Source: an uncultured Gammaproteobacteria bacterium
GTDB lineage: Bacteria; Patescibacteriota; Microgenomatia; UBA8517
Direction of reading: 5' to 3'
Assembly (NCBI GenBank): GCA_964488535.1
Contig: CAZAUT010000003.1
Location: 2,232-66,231 of the forward strand
Length of the DNA stretch: 64,000 nt
Positions 9,882-19,303 of the stretch are shown one piece after another. Numbering within the stretch: position 1 is the stretch's first letter; every line of letters begins with the position of its first letter. A program made the position numbers and the translations under genes. Below the pieces are notes generated by a model, which worked only from the letters and a program-made list of their open reading frames with translations, was not told the origin of the DNA and made no database searches.

Positions 9882-10286
9882 TTGCAGATACAATCCGCGC
9901 TAATGGCACCACTACTTGAACATGGGGTTAACCTTGATCCGGGAATCCGATACCGTTTCGTAAGTAATGGAAAAACTATTGCTTGTGCACCTCACGACCT
10001 CTTTGGTTTCGACTCTTCCAGACCGGATAATAATTTGACGCACACTCAATTGGCAATAAAATATAAACTTTCCACAGAAATAGATGAACACGGGAGACCA
10101 TTTGTGGCTTCGGCGGGATGGCTTGAGCCGGTAATGTCTGATAAAGGATACAAATGGCGTCTTGACAATGAAGTGAACACTTGTGCCTTAAAAGGTAACT
10201 GGAAAGAACGAGAAACAGCCTTTGCAAATGTTCGGCAAAAGTTAATTGAAATCTTGGGTGAAGATAAAGTTGCTGTTGGTGAATAA
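9882..10286 (+). CDS. hypothetical protein, paralogue of 21..335
   Basis: 134 aa with the shared AGWLEP, TCALKGNWKE and EILGEDKVA motifs. It is divergent from the Fic gene. Confidence 0.4.
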   Translation: MQIQSALMAPLLEHGVNLDPGIRYRFVSNGKTIACAPHDLFGFDSSRPDNNLTHTQLAIKYKLSTEIDEHGRPFVASAGWLEPVMSDKGYKWRLDNEVNTCALKGNWKERETAFANVRQKLIEILGEDKVAVGE

Positions 10287-11168
10287 TCACTTCATTAAAT
10301 CAAAAAACGTCTCAGGTATTTTTTCAGCAAGGTCATCAGAATTGTAGTTTACCCCAACCTTTTTATACAACTCATCCGCCACAGCTTTCTCTATATAACT
10401 TGCCGCACAAGCTGCTAAAAACGGCTCGTTCTTGGCAAGTAACGCAACTGTCAACCCCGCCAACACATCCCCGCTTCCCCCTTTGGTAAGTCCAGGATTT
10501 CCACCTGTTACTTTTACACACTCATTTGGTGAACAAACCACTGACTTGGAACCTTTGGCAACAATAATACAGTTGTGTTTTTTTGCCATTTCCTGAACCA
10601 CTTCCACTCTTCTACTCTTCCACTCTTCTACTCTAAAGAGTATTTCCAACTCTTTAGCATTCGGAGTTAGTATAGCGTTGTTGGGAATCCATTTATTATC
10701 TATGGTTTGCAAACTCCCTGCATCAATCACCCACTTCTTATGAGGGAACTTCAACAGTAATCTTTTAGTAATTTCTCTCGTTTTATTTCCTTCCCTGTCA
10801 TATTTTTTCACCCCTAATTCATTGTTCATAATTCTTGATTCATGCGTAAAGCGCATCATCCCCGGCCCGATCAAAACCGCGTCCGACTTTTCAATATACG
10901 CATCAACTTCCTCCCATGGAACCAATATAAAAGAGGACAATTCTGCTTTTAGTCGCTCAGCAACCCCGCCTACGCTTGACTCCGGCGAAGCAAAGAAAAC
11001 CATATCCACAACTCTTGAAGCGGCTTTTAACGCCAGTATGGGTGCTCCATGGAAGAGTGATGATCCTCCGATTATTGTTACCTGCCCATTTTCCTCATTA
11101 GACGAACCCCATGCTGGACTATATAAACCTGTTAACAGTTTGGTATCAAATATTTTCATAATAAACAA
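10287..11168 (-). CDS. ADP-dependent NAD(P)H-hydrate dehydratase (YjeF C-terminal domain)
   Basis: Motifs GGSSLFHGAPILA, VLIGPGM and GGSGDVLAG. It contains an in-frame EEWKSRRVEVV insertion encoded by the tcttctactc repeat. Confidence 0.7.
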   Translation of the reverse strand: MFIMKIFDTKLLTGLYSPAWGSSNEENGQVTIIGGSSLFHGAPILALKAASRVVDMVFFASPESSVGGVAERLKAELSSFILVPWEEVDAYIEKSDAVLIGPGMMRFTHESRIMNNELGVKKYDREGNKTREITKRLLLKFPHKKWVIDAGSLQTIDNKWIPNNAILTPNAKELEILFRVEEWKSRRVEVVQEMAKKHNCIIVAKGSKSVVCSPNECVKVTGGNPGLTKGGSGDVLAGLTVALLAKNEPFLAACAASYIEKAVADELYKKVGVNYNSDDLAEKIPETFFDLMK

Positions 11169-11169
11169 A

Positions 11170-11262
11170 AATGGATAAGTCCCGTAGCCACGCTCTTGCG
11201 ACGCGAGGACGTAGACCTCGGGAGCAAGTAAGTGTGGTATCGGGAACCATTATCCTCCCCGC
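11170..11262 (-). ncRNA. conserved ~90-nt noncoding element, copy E1 (putative sRNA, leader or miniature element)
   Basis: It shares gcgaggaYgtaRacctcgRgagMaag and gtaagtgtgKtat blocks with the copies at 29590-29700 and 18800-18930. Each copy lies immediately 5' of a minus-strand gene. Confidence 0.3.
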
Positions 11263-11371
11263 TTGAATCCCATGCAGATTTGTAGAGCTTTTTCAGATCT
11301 TCTTTACCGAAGGTTTTCATATAATGATTATAAATATTATAATCGTTATAATTGGTATAACATAGACATGT

Positions 11372-11695
11372 ATGAATAAAACAGAAGAACAAATCTACAA
11401 AAAAGAGGTCGCAAAACAAAAAATGATCCATGAGGCGGTTATGGACGATGCAAAAGAATTCAAAAAGCAATTTGTTGCAAGATCTTTAAAGCTTGTTACA
11501 AGTGGGTTCGGACTTGTCTCGGCACTAGCATGGAATGAATTGATCAAAGAAGCTGTCGAAGTATATATAAAACCTTACTTCGGAAAAAACTCGGGATTAA
11601 TTTCTTTGGCAATTTATGCACTACTCGTAACTGCTCTTGCTGTCTTTATAACTTATCAATTGAGTAAGATTTCCGATTACTCTAAGGAGGATTAG
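11372..11695 (+). CDS. DUF5654-like small membrane protein
   Basis: 107 aa with two C-terminal TM helices, a type common in CPR genomes. Confidence 0.45.
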   Translation: MNKTEEQIYKKEVAKQKMIHEAVMDDAKEFKKQFVARSLKLVTSGFGLVSALAWNELIKEAVEVYIKPYFGKNSGLISLAIYALLVTALAVFITYQLSKISDYSKED

Positions 11696-11994
11696 TCATC
11701 AACAATTCCCTTTTTTGGCTGCCCAGCCTCCTCAAAACGCAATCTCATTTTAATTGTATCCACCTGATAATAACGGCCTGTTTCAACAGTTTGAGGTCCG
11801 CTGCCTTCCGCAACCGTAAGAAAAGAACCCTTTCGATCTGATGATAATGGTTTGCCAGGATTATTCTTCGCATGTTGAATTACCAAATCATCATATATTT
11901 TCCTTTGCTCACTTGTGAGATTGTCGAGCCTGTTCCTAAACTGCTTTTGCAAAAATTCTGATTCCATATTACCTCCTATTTTACACCCAACCAA
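11692..11994 (-). CDS. hypothetical protein
   Basis: 100-aa ORF. The start is probably the internal MESEF. Confidence 0.3.
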   Translation of the reverse strand: MVGCKIGGNMESEFLQKQFRNRLDNLTSEQRKIYDDLVIQHAKNNPGKPLSSDRKGSFLTVAEGSGPQTVETGRYYQVDTIKMRLRFEEAGQPKKGIVDD

Positions 11995-12151
11995 TATCTC
12001 CTTTCCACAAGAGATTGATTGTGTTACTTAGTTACTTGGTTACTTTATGGAGATTCGTAATTGGGAATTGGTGTACATTTGTGCACATTGGTACTTATTT
12101 GTATTTATTTCCCTATATACAACATACAATATACTTTTTCTCATAGTATCT

Positions 12152-13450
12152 TTATATCTTAATAATCTTCCCCTCCACTCCCTCTATGTAGTGTGGGTCT
12201 GCTGTAGTTATTAAAGTTTGCTGTTTATCTACAATTCCCATCACAACATCCCTATGTTCATGATCGAGTTCTGAAAAAATGTCATCAAGTAATAGAACCG
12301 GCTTATCACCCGTAATACTTTCAATATACGACAGTTCCGCAAGTTTCAGCCAAAGTATTCCCATTCGGGCTTCTCCTCGAGAACCGTATGTAGCAAGATT
12401 TCGAGTAGAATATTTTCCATTTTCCATTTTCTCCCGCAGGACGGGATCCTGCTCCGCAGGAAATTTTCCATTTATTCCCTTTTCTTTTACTCTTCTACTC
12501 TCCTGCTCTTCCACTCTAAAAACGAAATCATCCCTATGCGGTCCTACCAGCGTCGTCCCCGCCGCTACCTCCTCGTTTTCATATTGCTTCAGCCGTCCTT
12601 CACTTATAACACTACTATCATACTGTAAGCTGTAGACCGTCGACTGTAGACTTGTATCTATTTTCCCTTTCCCCCTTTCTTTATTTCTTAAGTTCTTTGT
12701 ATTATTTTTATATATTGGAAATTGGTGCTCATTGGTATTTATTGGATATTGGTATTTATTTATGTAATCGATTAGTTCCCCCCTCTTTTCGGTAATGTAA
12801 TTTCCATGTTTTATAAGGAGTTTATCCCAATACATCAACTGCCCACGGGACAAATTCTCATCCCTTATCCGAAGTAAGAGCCGATTTCTCTGCCGAAGCC
12901 CTTTTTCGTAGATCATCACCGATCTTCGGTATTCACGATCGGTCTGCGACAAAACCGAATCAAGAAATCTTCGCCGAAGCGATGGTGAAGCCGTCACCAA
13001 ATCCATGTCCCATGGACCAAAGAGAACTACCTTCAGATTCCCTGCAAAATCCAAAAGTCTCTTTGCAACTCCATTAACCATTAGTTTTTTTCTCTGCGCC
13101 CTCTGTACTCCTCCGCCATGCAATTCTATTTCACCGTTGGTTAAAACCACCTCTAGGTTTGTATTATGTATTATGTATTTTGTATTATGCGTATTTTCGC
13201 TTAATACATTATTCATGATACTTAATACTGCGGAGACACGAGCAATGCTCGTGTTGTAGCTTATCATCTCCCCCTCCACCCTTGCTTTAAAACTCTTTCC
13301 CGTTGCCAAAAGATAAATTGCTTCCAAAATATTGGTTTTTCCCACAGCATTATCTCCGACAACAATCGTCGTCTTATCCGAAAATTCAAATTTCTTTTTG
13401 CTAAAATTCCTGAAGTTGGTAAGCATCAAATGTTTAATAAACATAATCAA
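12152..13450 (-). CDS. recF: DNA replication and repair protein RecF, carrying in-frame repeat insertions
   Basis: N-terminus LTNFRNF ... VGDNAVGKTNILEAI (Walker A) and a C-terminal LLLDDIFSELD signature. Several in-frame segments are encoded by the ttggtatttattgg, gtattatgtat and tcttctactc repeat families. Confidence 0.8.
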   Translation of the reverse strand: MIMFIKHLMLTNFRNFSKKKFEFSDKTTIVVGDNAVGKTNILEAIYLLATGKSFKARVEGEMISYNTSIARVSAVLSIMNNVLSENTHNTKYIIHNTNLEVVLTNGEIELHGGGVQRAQRKKLMVNGVAKRLLDFAGNLKVVLFGPWDMDLVTASPSLRRRFLDSVLSQTDREYRRSVMIYEKGLRQRNRLLLRIRDENLSRGQLMYWDKLLIKHGNYITEKRGELIDYINKYQYPINTNEHQFPIYKNNTKNLRNKERGKGKIDTSLQSTVYSLQYDSSVISEGRLKQYENEEVAAGTTLVGPHRDDFVFRVEEQESRRVKEKGINGKFPAEQDPVLREKMENGKYSTRNLATYGSRGEARMGILWLKLAELSYIESITGDKPVLLLDDIFSELDHEHRDVVMGIVDKQQTLITTADPHYIEGVEGKIIKI

Positions 13451-13523
13451 GTCCGTTAAGTATAATATATTTTATACGAAACACTTTGCAGGTTATAATC
13501 TGTATATAAAGAAATAAATATTT

Positions 13524-14876
13524 ATGGAAAGCCAAGATACTCAGGAGACTAAGAATTCATTTACGCCTGATAATTTAAACATCTCCGACATTTTACCAAA
13601 AATAAGTACTCTAAAAGATGGTGAATATCTTAGAATTTCCCATGCTTTTTCAATTTTCAAAATCGGGGGTAAAACCATTGGGATAGACCCTTCTGTTCAA
13701 GGACGGCAGTATCTTAATGAAAAAGGAAAGTTGATTCCCCCTGGGAGCGATAACGCATTTATGTCCATAAAACCGAGAGAGACAGAGTATACGTGGGAGA
13801 TGATTCATGCAGAGCCAGAAGCTGCCAATGACAAAGTACTTAACAACACACAGAGGGTGGGAAAATATCTTGCACCTTACATCGATTACTTTCTTATATC
13901 TCATTTGGATGCTGATCACCTGGATTTTGAGTTAATCAGATCAGCCATGGAAAACAATCCCAATCTGAATGTATATGGCCCTCTAGGATGGCAAAAGTTT
14001 ATTTACAAATACCACACACTGGAATCAGATGATTCAAAATTCCCACAAAGCGGTCCTAACTTACCAAGAGATATTGAAAAAAGACTTCACGGATTGAGTC
14101 CAAAACATGCAATAGAAGGGAAAGATGTTGGCTTATCGTTTAAAGGACTTAATCTGAATGAAATAGACCTGTCTCAAGGTAGGGGGTTACCAAAAATTAA
14201 ATCCTTTGACATTCCACATGCCGGAGCCATAACAAATGTCGAATATGTTCAAGGGTTTTTACTCGAAGATGAAAATAACCGAATTCTCTACCTACCCGAT
14301 TCTGCCTTGTCTCCTGAAATCATAACAATCATTCGAAATTTACACAATGAAAAAAAACTTACACGAATGTTGATATCTATTGCCACAATGGGGTCAGAAA
14401 GTTTTTATGGAATTGATCCTAAAATTGCAGATAAATTAAGGGAAAACATTGAGGAACCTATTTCGCATTCCGCATATCTTCCCCTAATCGCTATTGCATT
14501 AACAGACAGTGAAACACCTGTTGATGTTATTCACCATGGATTTTTCTACCGGTCAAGACAGAAAAAATCGCTTTTCCGTCACAAATATCCCATTCCCAAA
14601 AATACAGATTCAATTGAGCCGAATGAATGGTTAAATCAATTTAAGTCGTATATTCAAAACTGTTTGGATACGATGCAGGGATCCATTAATAAGTTAGGAC
14701 CCGATGTGCTTTCTTTCGGAAAACAAGGAAGAACCAGTGTAAAAAGATTTATCGGTGATCTTTTTGCGAGATCGAAATTTTCAAATCAAATTGTTAACTG
14801 GATAAAAACTAACGGCGTACCAGATGGAATTATTAATAAAATTAATATTCCAGAAGCAGGTAAGATTGTTCATTAG
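13524..14876 (+). CDS. hypothetical protein, possibly MBL-fold
   Basis: 450 aa. An SHLDADHLD segment resembles the metallo-beta-lactamase HxHxDH motif. The call is weak. Confidence 0.3.
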   Translation: MESQDTQETKNSFTPDNLNISDILPKISTLKDGEYLRISHAFSIFKIGGKTIGIDPSVQGRQYLNEKGKLIPPGSDNAFMSIKPRETEYTWEMIHAEPEAANDKVLNNTQRVGKYLAPYIDYFLISHLDADHLDFELIRSAMENNPNLNVYGPLGWQKFIYKYHTLESDDSKFPQSGPNLPRDIEKRLHGLSPKHAIEGKDVGLSFKGLNLNEIDLSQGRGLPKIKSFDIPHAGAITNVEYVQGFLLEDENNRILYLPDSALSPEIITIIRNLHNEKKLTRMLISIATMGSESFYGIDPKIADKLRENIEEPISHSAYLPLIAIALTDSETPVDVIHHGFFYRSRQKKSLFRHKYPIPKNTDSIEPNEWLNQFKSYIQNCLDTMQGSINKLGPDVLSFGKQGRTSVKRFIGDLFARSKFSNQIVNWIKTNGVPDGIINKINIPEAGKIVH

Positions 14877-16030
14877 GATAAGGAGGAAATTAAATCAAAA
14901 TACTCTTTTTCGTACTTTTTGAATGTATCTTCAATATTGTGCTTACTGATTATTTTCAAACTTGCAGCTGAAAATTTTGAGATATTGTTTTTATGTCCGA
15001 TCAGTTCATCTATTTTTACAGCCATATTTTTATAATCCTCTGGCATAAACAGATATCCATTTTCACCATCGTGTACCAATTCTGGCAATGCTGCTGAATC
15101 TGAAGCGATGACCGGTAATCCAGACGCAAGAGCTTGCATAGTTACAATACTTTGCGCTTCAACGGTTGAAGGTATCACAAATAAATCCGCGTTTTTGTAA
15201 AGATCTGGTACATCTTTTTCATTCACATATCCGGTAAAATAAATCTTCTTTTCCAAATGCAGCTTCACAGTTAGATTTCTCAATTTGTCATTTTCGTCAC
15301 CATCTCCGGCAATTATTAATTTACAAATTTTCTTTACTTCACCCATTGCTTTAATTAGAACCTCTAATGATTTGTCTTTATCCAATCTTCCAAAATACAG
15401 TAAAGTTGGAACTTCCTGCATACTCTTTCTGACCCCATTATGAAAATGCTTGATGTTTATTCCGTTTGATATCGCTTCTATTGGTTTGATAACACCTAGG
15501 TTTATTAAATATTTTTTTATAGTAAATGTTGGCGTGATTATCCTGCTGCACTTGTTGGAAAATTTTTTCATATAATATGACGTCAATGCTTCAATCTTGT
15601 CTAATTTAGAAAAAATATGTAATCCCGGAATAAAACCTTTCATATAGCTAGTCAAATATCGGGGAATAAAGTGGTGCGTATAAAGAGTCGGAATTTTATT
15701 ATTGTTTGCTAAGTTTATAGTATAATTTGAGATATAAGCAGGGTCGTGCAAATGAATGATATTAGGTTTAAAGTTATTAACAATCTTTTCAACTTCAGAA
15801 AATGCCGGAAGGATGATTCTATGGCCTGTTCTGAACGGGTTTGGGAAAGATTTTAAACGAAACTCCAGAACATTGTTGACAATCATTTTAGAGGATTCAA
15901 GTGAATAAGACGGACATATAACTCCCACATTATGTCCTCTGCTAGCCATTGCCATCGAAATGGAACCGGCAACGGTTGATACTCCTGACGTAAAGGGAGG
16001 ATAGCTTCCTGATACAACTAAAATGTTCAT
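14873..16030 (-). CDS. glycosyltransferase family 4 (group 1)
   Basis: C-terminal EAQSIVTMQALASGLPVIASD (the E-x7-E-like GT4 signature). Confidence 0.75.
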   Translation of the reverse strand: MNILVVSGSYPPFTSGVSTVAGSISMAMASRGHNVGVICPSYSLESSKMIVNNVLEFRLKSFPNPFRTGHRIILPAFSEVEKIVNNFKPNIIHLHDPAYISNYTINLANNNKIPTLYTHHFIPRYLTSYMKGFIPGLHIFSKLDKIEALTSYYMKKFSNKCSRIITPTFTIKKYLINLGVIKPIEAISNGINIKHFHNGVRKSMQEVPTLLYFGRLDKDKSLEVLIKAMGEVKKICKLIIAGDGDENDKLRNLTVKLHLEKKIYFTGYVNEKDVPDLYKNADLFVIPSTVEAQSIVTMQALASGLPVIASDSAALPELVHDGENGYLFMPEDYKNMAVKIDELIGHKNNISKFSAASLKIISKHNIEDTFKKYEKEYFDLISSLS

Positions 16031-17616
16031 TTTAATAAATCTTTTAGTTCTTCTATATTAATTTTATCCAAGTTATCTCCTGTCCACAAAGATGTTTTGT
16101 TGTTTAAAGCAAATCGCTTTTGTTTTTCAATTAAATTCTCTTCAAGCCCTGTTCCGGGTCTGAAAATTATACAGTCTGGATCGTTAACCCAAATTTTATT
16201 ATGTAAAAAATTCCTGGTTCCACAACTTCTTAAATTCTCCCTTAACATGCCGTTGTTAACGACCGAATTAACAATCGGTATTTTGCAGATAGATGGATTC
16301 AAAGTGTCCAAGCCCACCCTGCAGTAATCTATCAGTCCAACCAGAGGTGAAATTTGAGTTATAGCTGATCCAATTAATACATCTTTTCCCGCTGCTTTTT
16401 TTATTGTCTCAAACCCCAACCTTAACGCCTGCACTCTTGTCATGGGAACATGATAATTATTTGAAAAACAAACGGGATATGTAAAATCAGTTTTTATATA
16501 TTCAAAACCGTATCCAACAATTTTCTTAATTGTTTTAGTTAAATGTTCTTGAAATTCAGGATGTGTTGGGTCAAGAGCCCTTAAAGATAAAAAGGGTGAG
16601 AAATCAAAGGGAGATGTTAACCTCGCTTCAAAATATTTCCCTCTTTTATCTTTTAAAAACCAATCCGGGTGATTTTTAAATATCTCAGAATCGGGACTTG
16701 CCACAAATGGAGCAAGCCAAATACCCGCCATCATTCCCTGCTTTTTTATTTCTTGTACGATAAATGGCAATCCTTTAGGAAAATGCTTTTCAACAGCTTC
16801 CGGCCAATCTCCCCAAGGGGTTGGGACACCATCTATTTGAACTATGTCAAACTTTAGCCCTCTCTTGTCAATTGCAGTAAGCTGGTCAAGAATATATTTC
16901 TCATTAACTTTATTTCCCTGAAAATAATATGCACAACATAATCCCTTTATCGGCTTTTTTATTTTATAACCGGAATTATTTTCACTTAATAGATCTGCAA
17001 AAACTGACAAAGAATCTTCTTTTTTACCATAAATAAATGCTATTTTTTCAGAAGATACCCTCTCACTCGGTAGCAACTTCATCTCATCTAATTGGCAGGT
17101 AATTCTAACCCTTATACCTCCATCTTCTTTCTTTAAAAATATTTGGGTAAACTGATCTTTTGTTGTTACTGCACCAATAACCAATGACCAACCATCACCA
17201 ACTAACTGCGTATACCATTCGCTAACCATAGAATTATCCAAATATCCATAATCTTTTTGGAATGAAAAGGGGTTTTGATCGCGTTCAAGAAACAACTTTT
17301 TCTTCTTTGTCGGAGTTATATCATTTCTATAACCGGAAAATCCGGATTGTGTCCAAGCGTTTTCTAATACTTTACTGGGGACATGTCCTCGAAGGACAAA
17401 GTCTGCTACTATAATCGAATATACACTTATGATTTTATTGATATTATTCGAAATTTTAACCTGAAAAGTAATTACACCGTCTTTAGTAAAGTTCCTTCTA
17501 TCTAGAGTAATCCCTTTGTAATTTCCACTCTTAACTAACAAGTCTTTGCCGTCAATATTGCAAAACACACCATATGATGAATTTTCTGCGTAATTATTAA
17601 GCAATGAAACAACCAT
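16027..17616 (-). CDS. glycoside hydrolase, alpha-galactosidase-like (clan GH-D)
   Basis: FDIVQIDGVPTPWGDW and GFEYIKTDF resemble the GH36/GH27 DDGW and KxD catalytic motifs. Confidence 0.45.
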   Translation of the reverse strand: MVVSLLNNYAENSSYGVFCNIDGKDLLVKSGNYKGITLDRRNFTKDGVITFQVKISNNINKIISVYSIIVADFVLRGHVPSKVLENAWTQSGFSGYRNDITPTKKKKLFLERDQNPFSFQKDYGYLDNSMVSEWYTQLVGDGWSLVIGAVTTKDQFTQIFLKKEDGGIRVRITCQLDEMKLLPSERVSSEKIAFIYGKKEDSLSVFADLLSENNSGYKIKKPIKGLCCAYYFQGNKVNEKYILDQLTAIDKRGLKFDIVQIDGVPTPWGDWPEAVEKHFPKGLPFIVQEIKKQGMMAGIWLAPFVASPDSEIFKNHPDWFLKDKRGKYFEARLTSPFDFSPFLSLRALDPTHPEFQEHLTKTIKKIVGYGFEYIKTDFTYPVCFSNNYHVPMTRVQALRLGFETIKKAAGKDVLIGSAITQISPLVGLIDYCRVGLDTLNPSICKIPIVNSVVNNGMLRENLRSCGTRNFLHNKIWVNDPDCIIFRPGTGLEENLIEKQKRFALNNKTSLWTGDNLDKINIEELKDLLK

Positions 17617-17844
17617 GGATTTATGCTAGATTGTAGCGTAAGTCAACTATACATAATAATATGTTCTTTTGTACAGAGAAGTAACAACATGTGCCAATTG
17701 CTGTGGGCTATTTGTTGACACTTTGGCCTGCCCGCTATGTCTGACATCAACTCTGACAGGCGGGGCAAAAATATCTTCCTGGGTACATACGATTCATGCA
17801 ACACCTAAACACTTTCTACGTTCGGGGATAAATTGATATTTTGA

Positions 17845-18780
17845 CTATTTCTGACAATTAGGACACATGTATGTCCCCCTCCCTCCAAGTTTTATTTTTA
17901 CAATCGGTGTTTTACATCGATTGCAGGGTTCCCCCTCCCGCCCGTAAACAAGCGTAAAATCCTGATAGTGTCCTTCACTTCCGTCGGGGGTCACAAATGC
18001 CTGCTCACTGGCACCTCCTTTTTTTATCCCCTCTTTCAGAACTGTCTCTATCGCCTTAAATAACTTAATCACTCGATCACTTGATAACTCAATCGCTTTT
18101 TCCTTCGGATTTATTCCCGCAAGCCACAAAGCATCATTAGCATAAATATTCCCTACCCCCGCCATCTTCGTCTGGTCCATTAAAAGTATTTTTATCGGCT
18201 TTTTGCTCTTTGAGAGAATCTCCGAAAAATCTTTCTCCCTCAAATCCCTCAAAAACTCCTTCCCCAATTTTTTTATGAAGTTTTGAGTTTTGACTTTTGA
18301 ACTTTGAGTTAGTTCCATCCACCCAAACCTCCTGTAATCATTAAAATAAAGAACCGCCCCTTGCCCTTCCGTAGCCTTGTGCGAAGGAGGGTCGTCTAAA
18401 TGAAAAATTACATGTGTGTGTTTCCCCGCCTTCGCCACTCCTTCTTTTAAACGTTCGGGGTTCACATATGCTTCGGCGGGCAAGCCAGGAACTCCCCCAA
18501 CTACCTTGGGCGATAGTTTTTTGTTTTCTGTTTTCTGTTTATTCCTGTAAATAAACTGTCCCGTCATTTTGACGTGGGTCACAATGGAGTACCCGTTTGA
18601 CAAATCCATAACCAACACCTTTCCAAATCTTCTGACACTTGTAATCTTTGCTCCAATTAGTTTTGTCCTATCCCATACCCCGTACTTCGTAATTCTTAAT
18701 TCAAAATTGACTATCGTATGTCCGACAAGAAACCTCTCAAGCTGAACACGTATACTTTCCACCTCTGGCAATTCTGGCAT
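17845..18780 (-). CDS. mutM: formamidopyrimidine-DNA glycosylase (Fpg/MutM), carrying in-frame insertions
   Basis: N-terminus MPELPEVE and a C-terminal zinc finger CNRCKTPIVK...CPNCQ. It has a DPPSHKATEGQG palindromic-element insertion and a gttttgag-repeat insertion. Confidence 0.8.
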   Translation of the reverse strand: MPELPEVESIRVQLERFLVGHTIVNFELRITKYGVWDRTKLIGAKITSVRRFGKVLVMDLSNGYSIVTHVKMTGQFIYRNKQKTENKKLSPKVVGGVPGLPAEAYVNPERLKEGVAKAGKHTHVIFHLDDPPSHKATEGQGAVLYFNDYRRFGWMELTQSSKVKTQNFIKKLGKEFLRDLREKDFSEILSKSKKPIKILLMDQTKMAGVGNIYANDALWLAGINPKEKAIELSSDRVIKLFKAIETVLKEGIKKGGASEQAFVTPDGSEGHYQDFTLVYGREGEPCNRCKTPIVKIKLGGRGTYMCPNCQK

Positions 18781-18799
18781 GATACTATTTTAACAGATT

Positions 18800-18930
18800 T
18801 CTACCCCTCGAAGCCCAGCTTAGTGGGGCGAAGTAGGACAACTCTTTCCCTGTAACCATGCCCCTCGCGAGCGCGAAGCTGTAAGATTCTGGCACGGGGT
18901 AAGTGTGTTATGGAGTCGGGTAATTCGGGC
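18800..18930 (-). ncRNA. conserved noncoding element, copy E3, upstream of fpg
   Basis: It shares gcgaagctgtaag..cacggggtaagtgtgttat blocks with E1 and E2. It also contains a copy of the cgaagcc..ggcgaag palindromic element. Confidence 0.3.
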
Positions 18931-19025
18931 ATATCATCAGTATATAGTATGCAGAATACTGTATACAGGACTTCATTGTTTTATTTGCTGTTGATGTAGT
19001 ATTAATATTATCCTATAATACTTCA

Positions 19026-19259
19026 ATGAACAAAGAAGTGTTGACTAAAAACACCAATACTTGGAAAGATGTTGTTACACGCGGTTGTTGCGATGGATCA
19101 ATTTTAACTTTATCGGCTGCCTTAGTGCGAGCTTACGACACGAAAGATTTGCCAACTCTTTATCCCGCATTTTTGTTACTGGGTTTGGTAAATTTTGTTA
19201 TGCTTCCTAATTTAAGAGAAATTAGATCTAAAATGAGAACTCCGGTCGATCTCAGTTAA
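19026..19259 (+). CDS. small hypothetical membrane protein
   Basis: 77 aa with a hydrophobic C-terminal half. Confidence 0.25.
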   Translation: MNKEVLTKNTNTWKDVVTRGCCDGSILTLSAALVRAYDTKDLPTLYPAFLLLGLVNFVMLPNLREIRSKMRTPVDLS

Positions 19260-19303
19260 ATACAAAATTATTTCCCTACAAACCGTTGTATTTTCCTGTT
19301 ACT

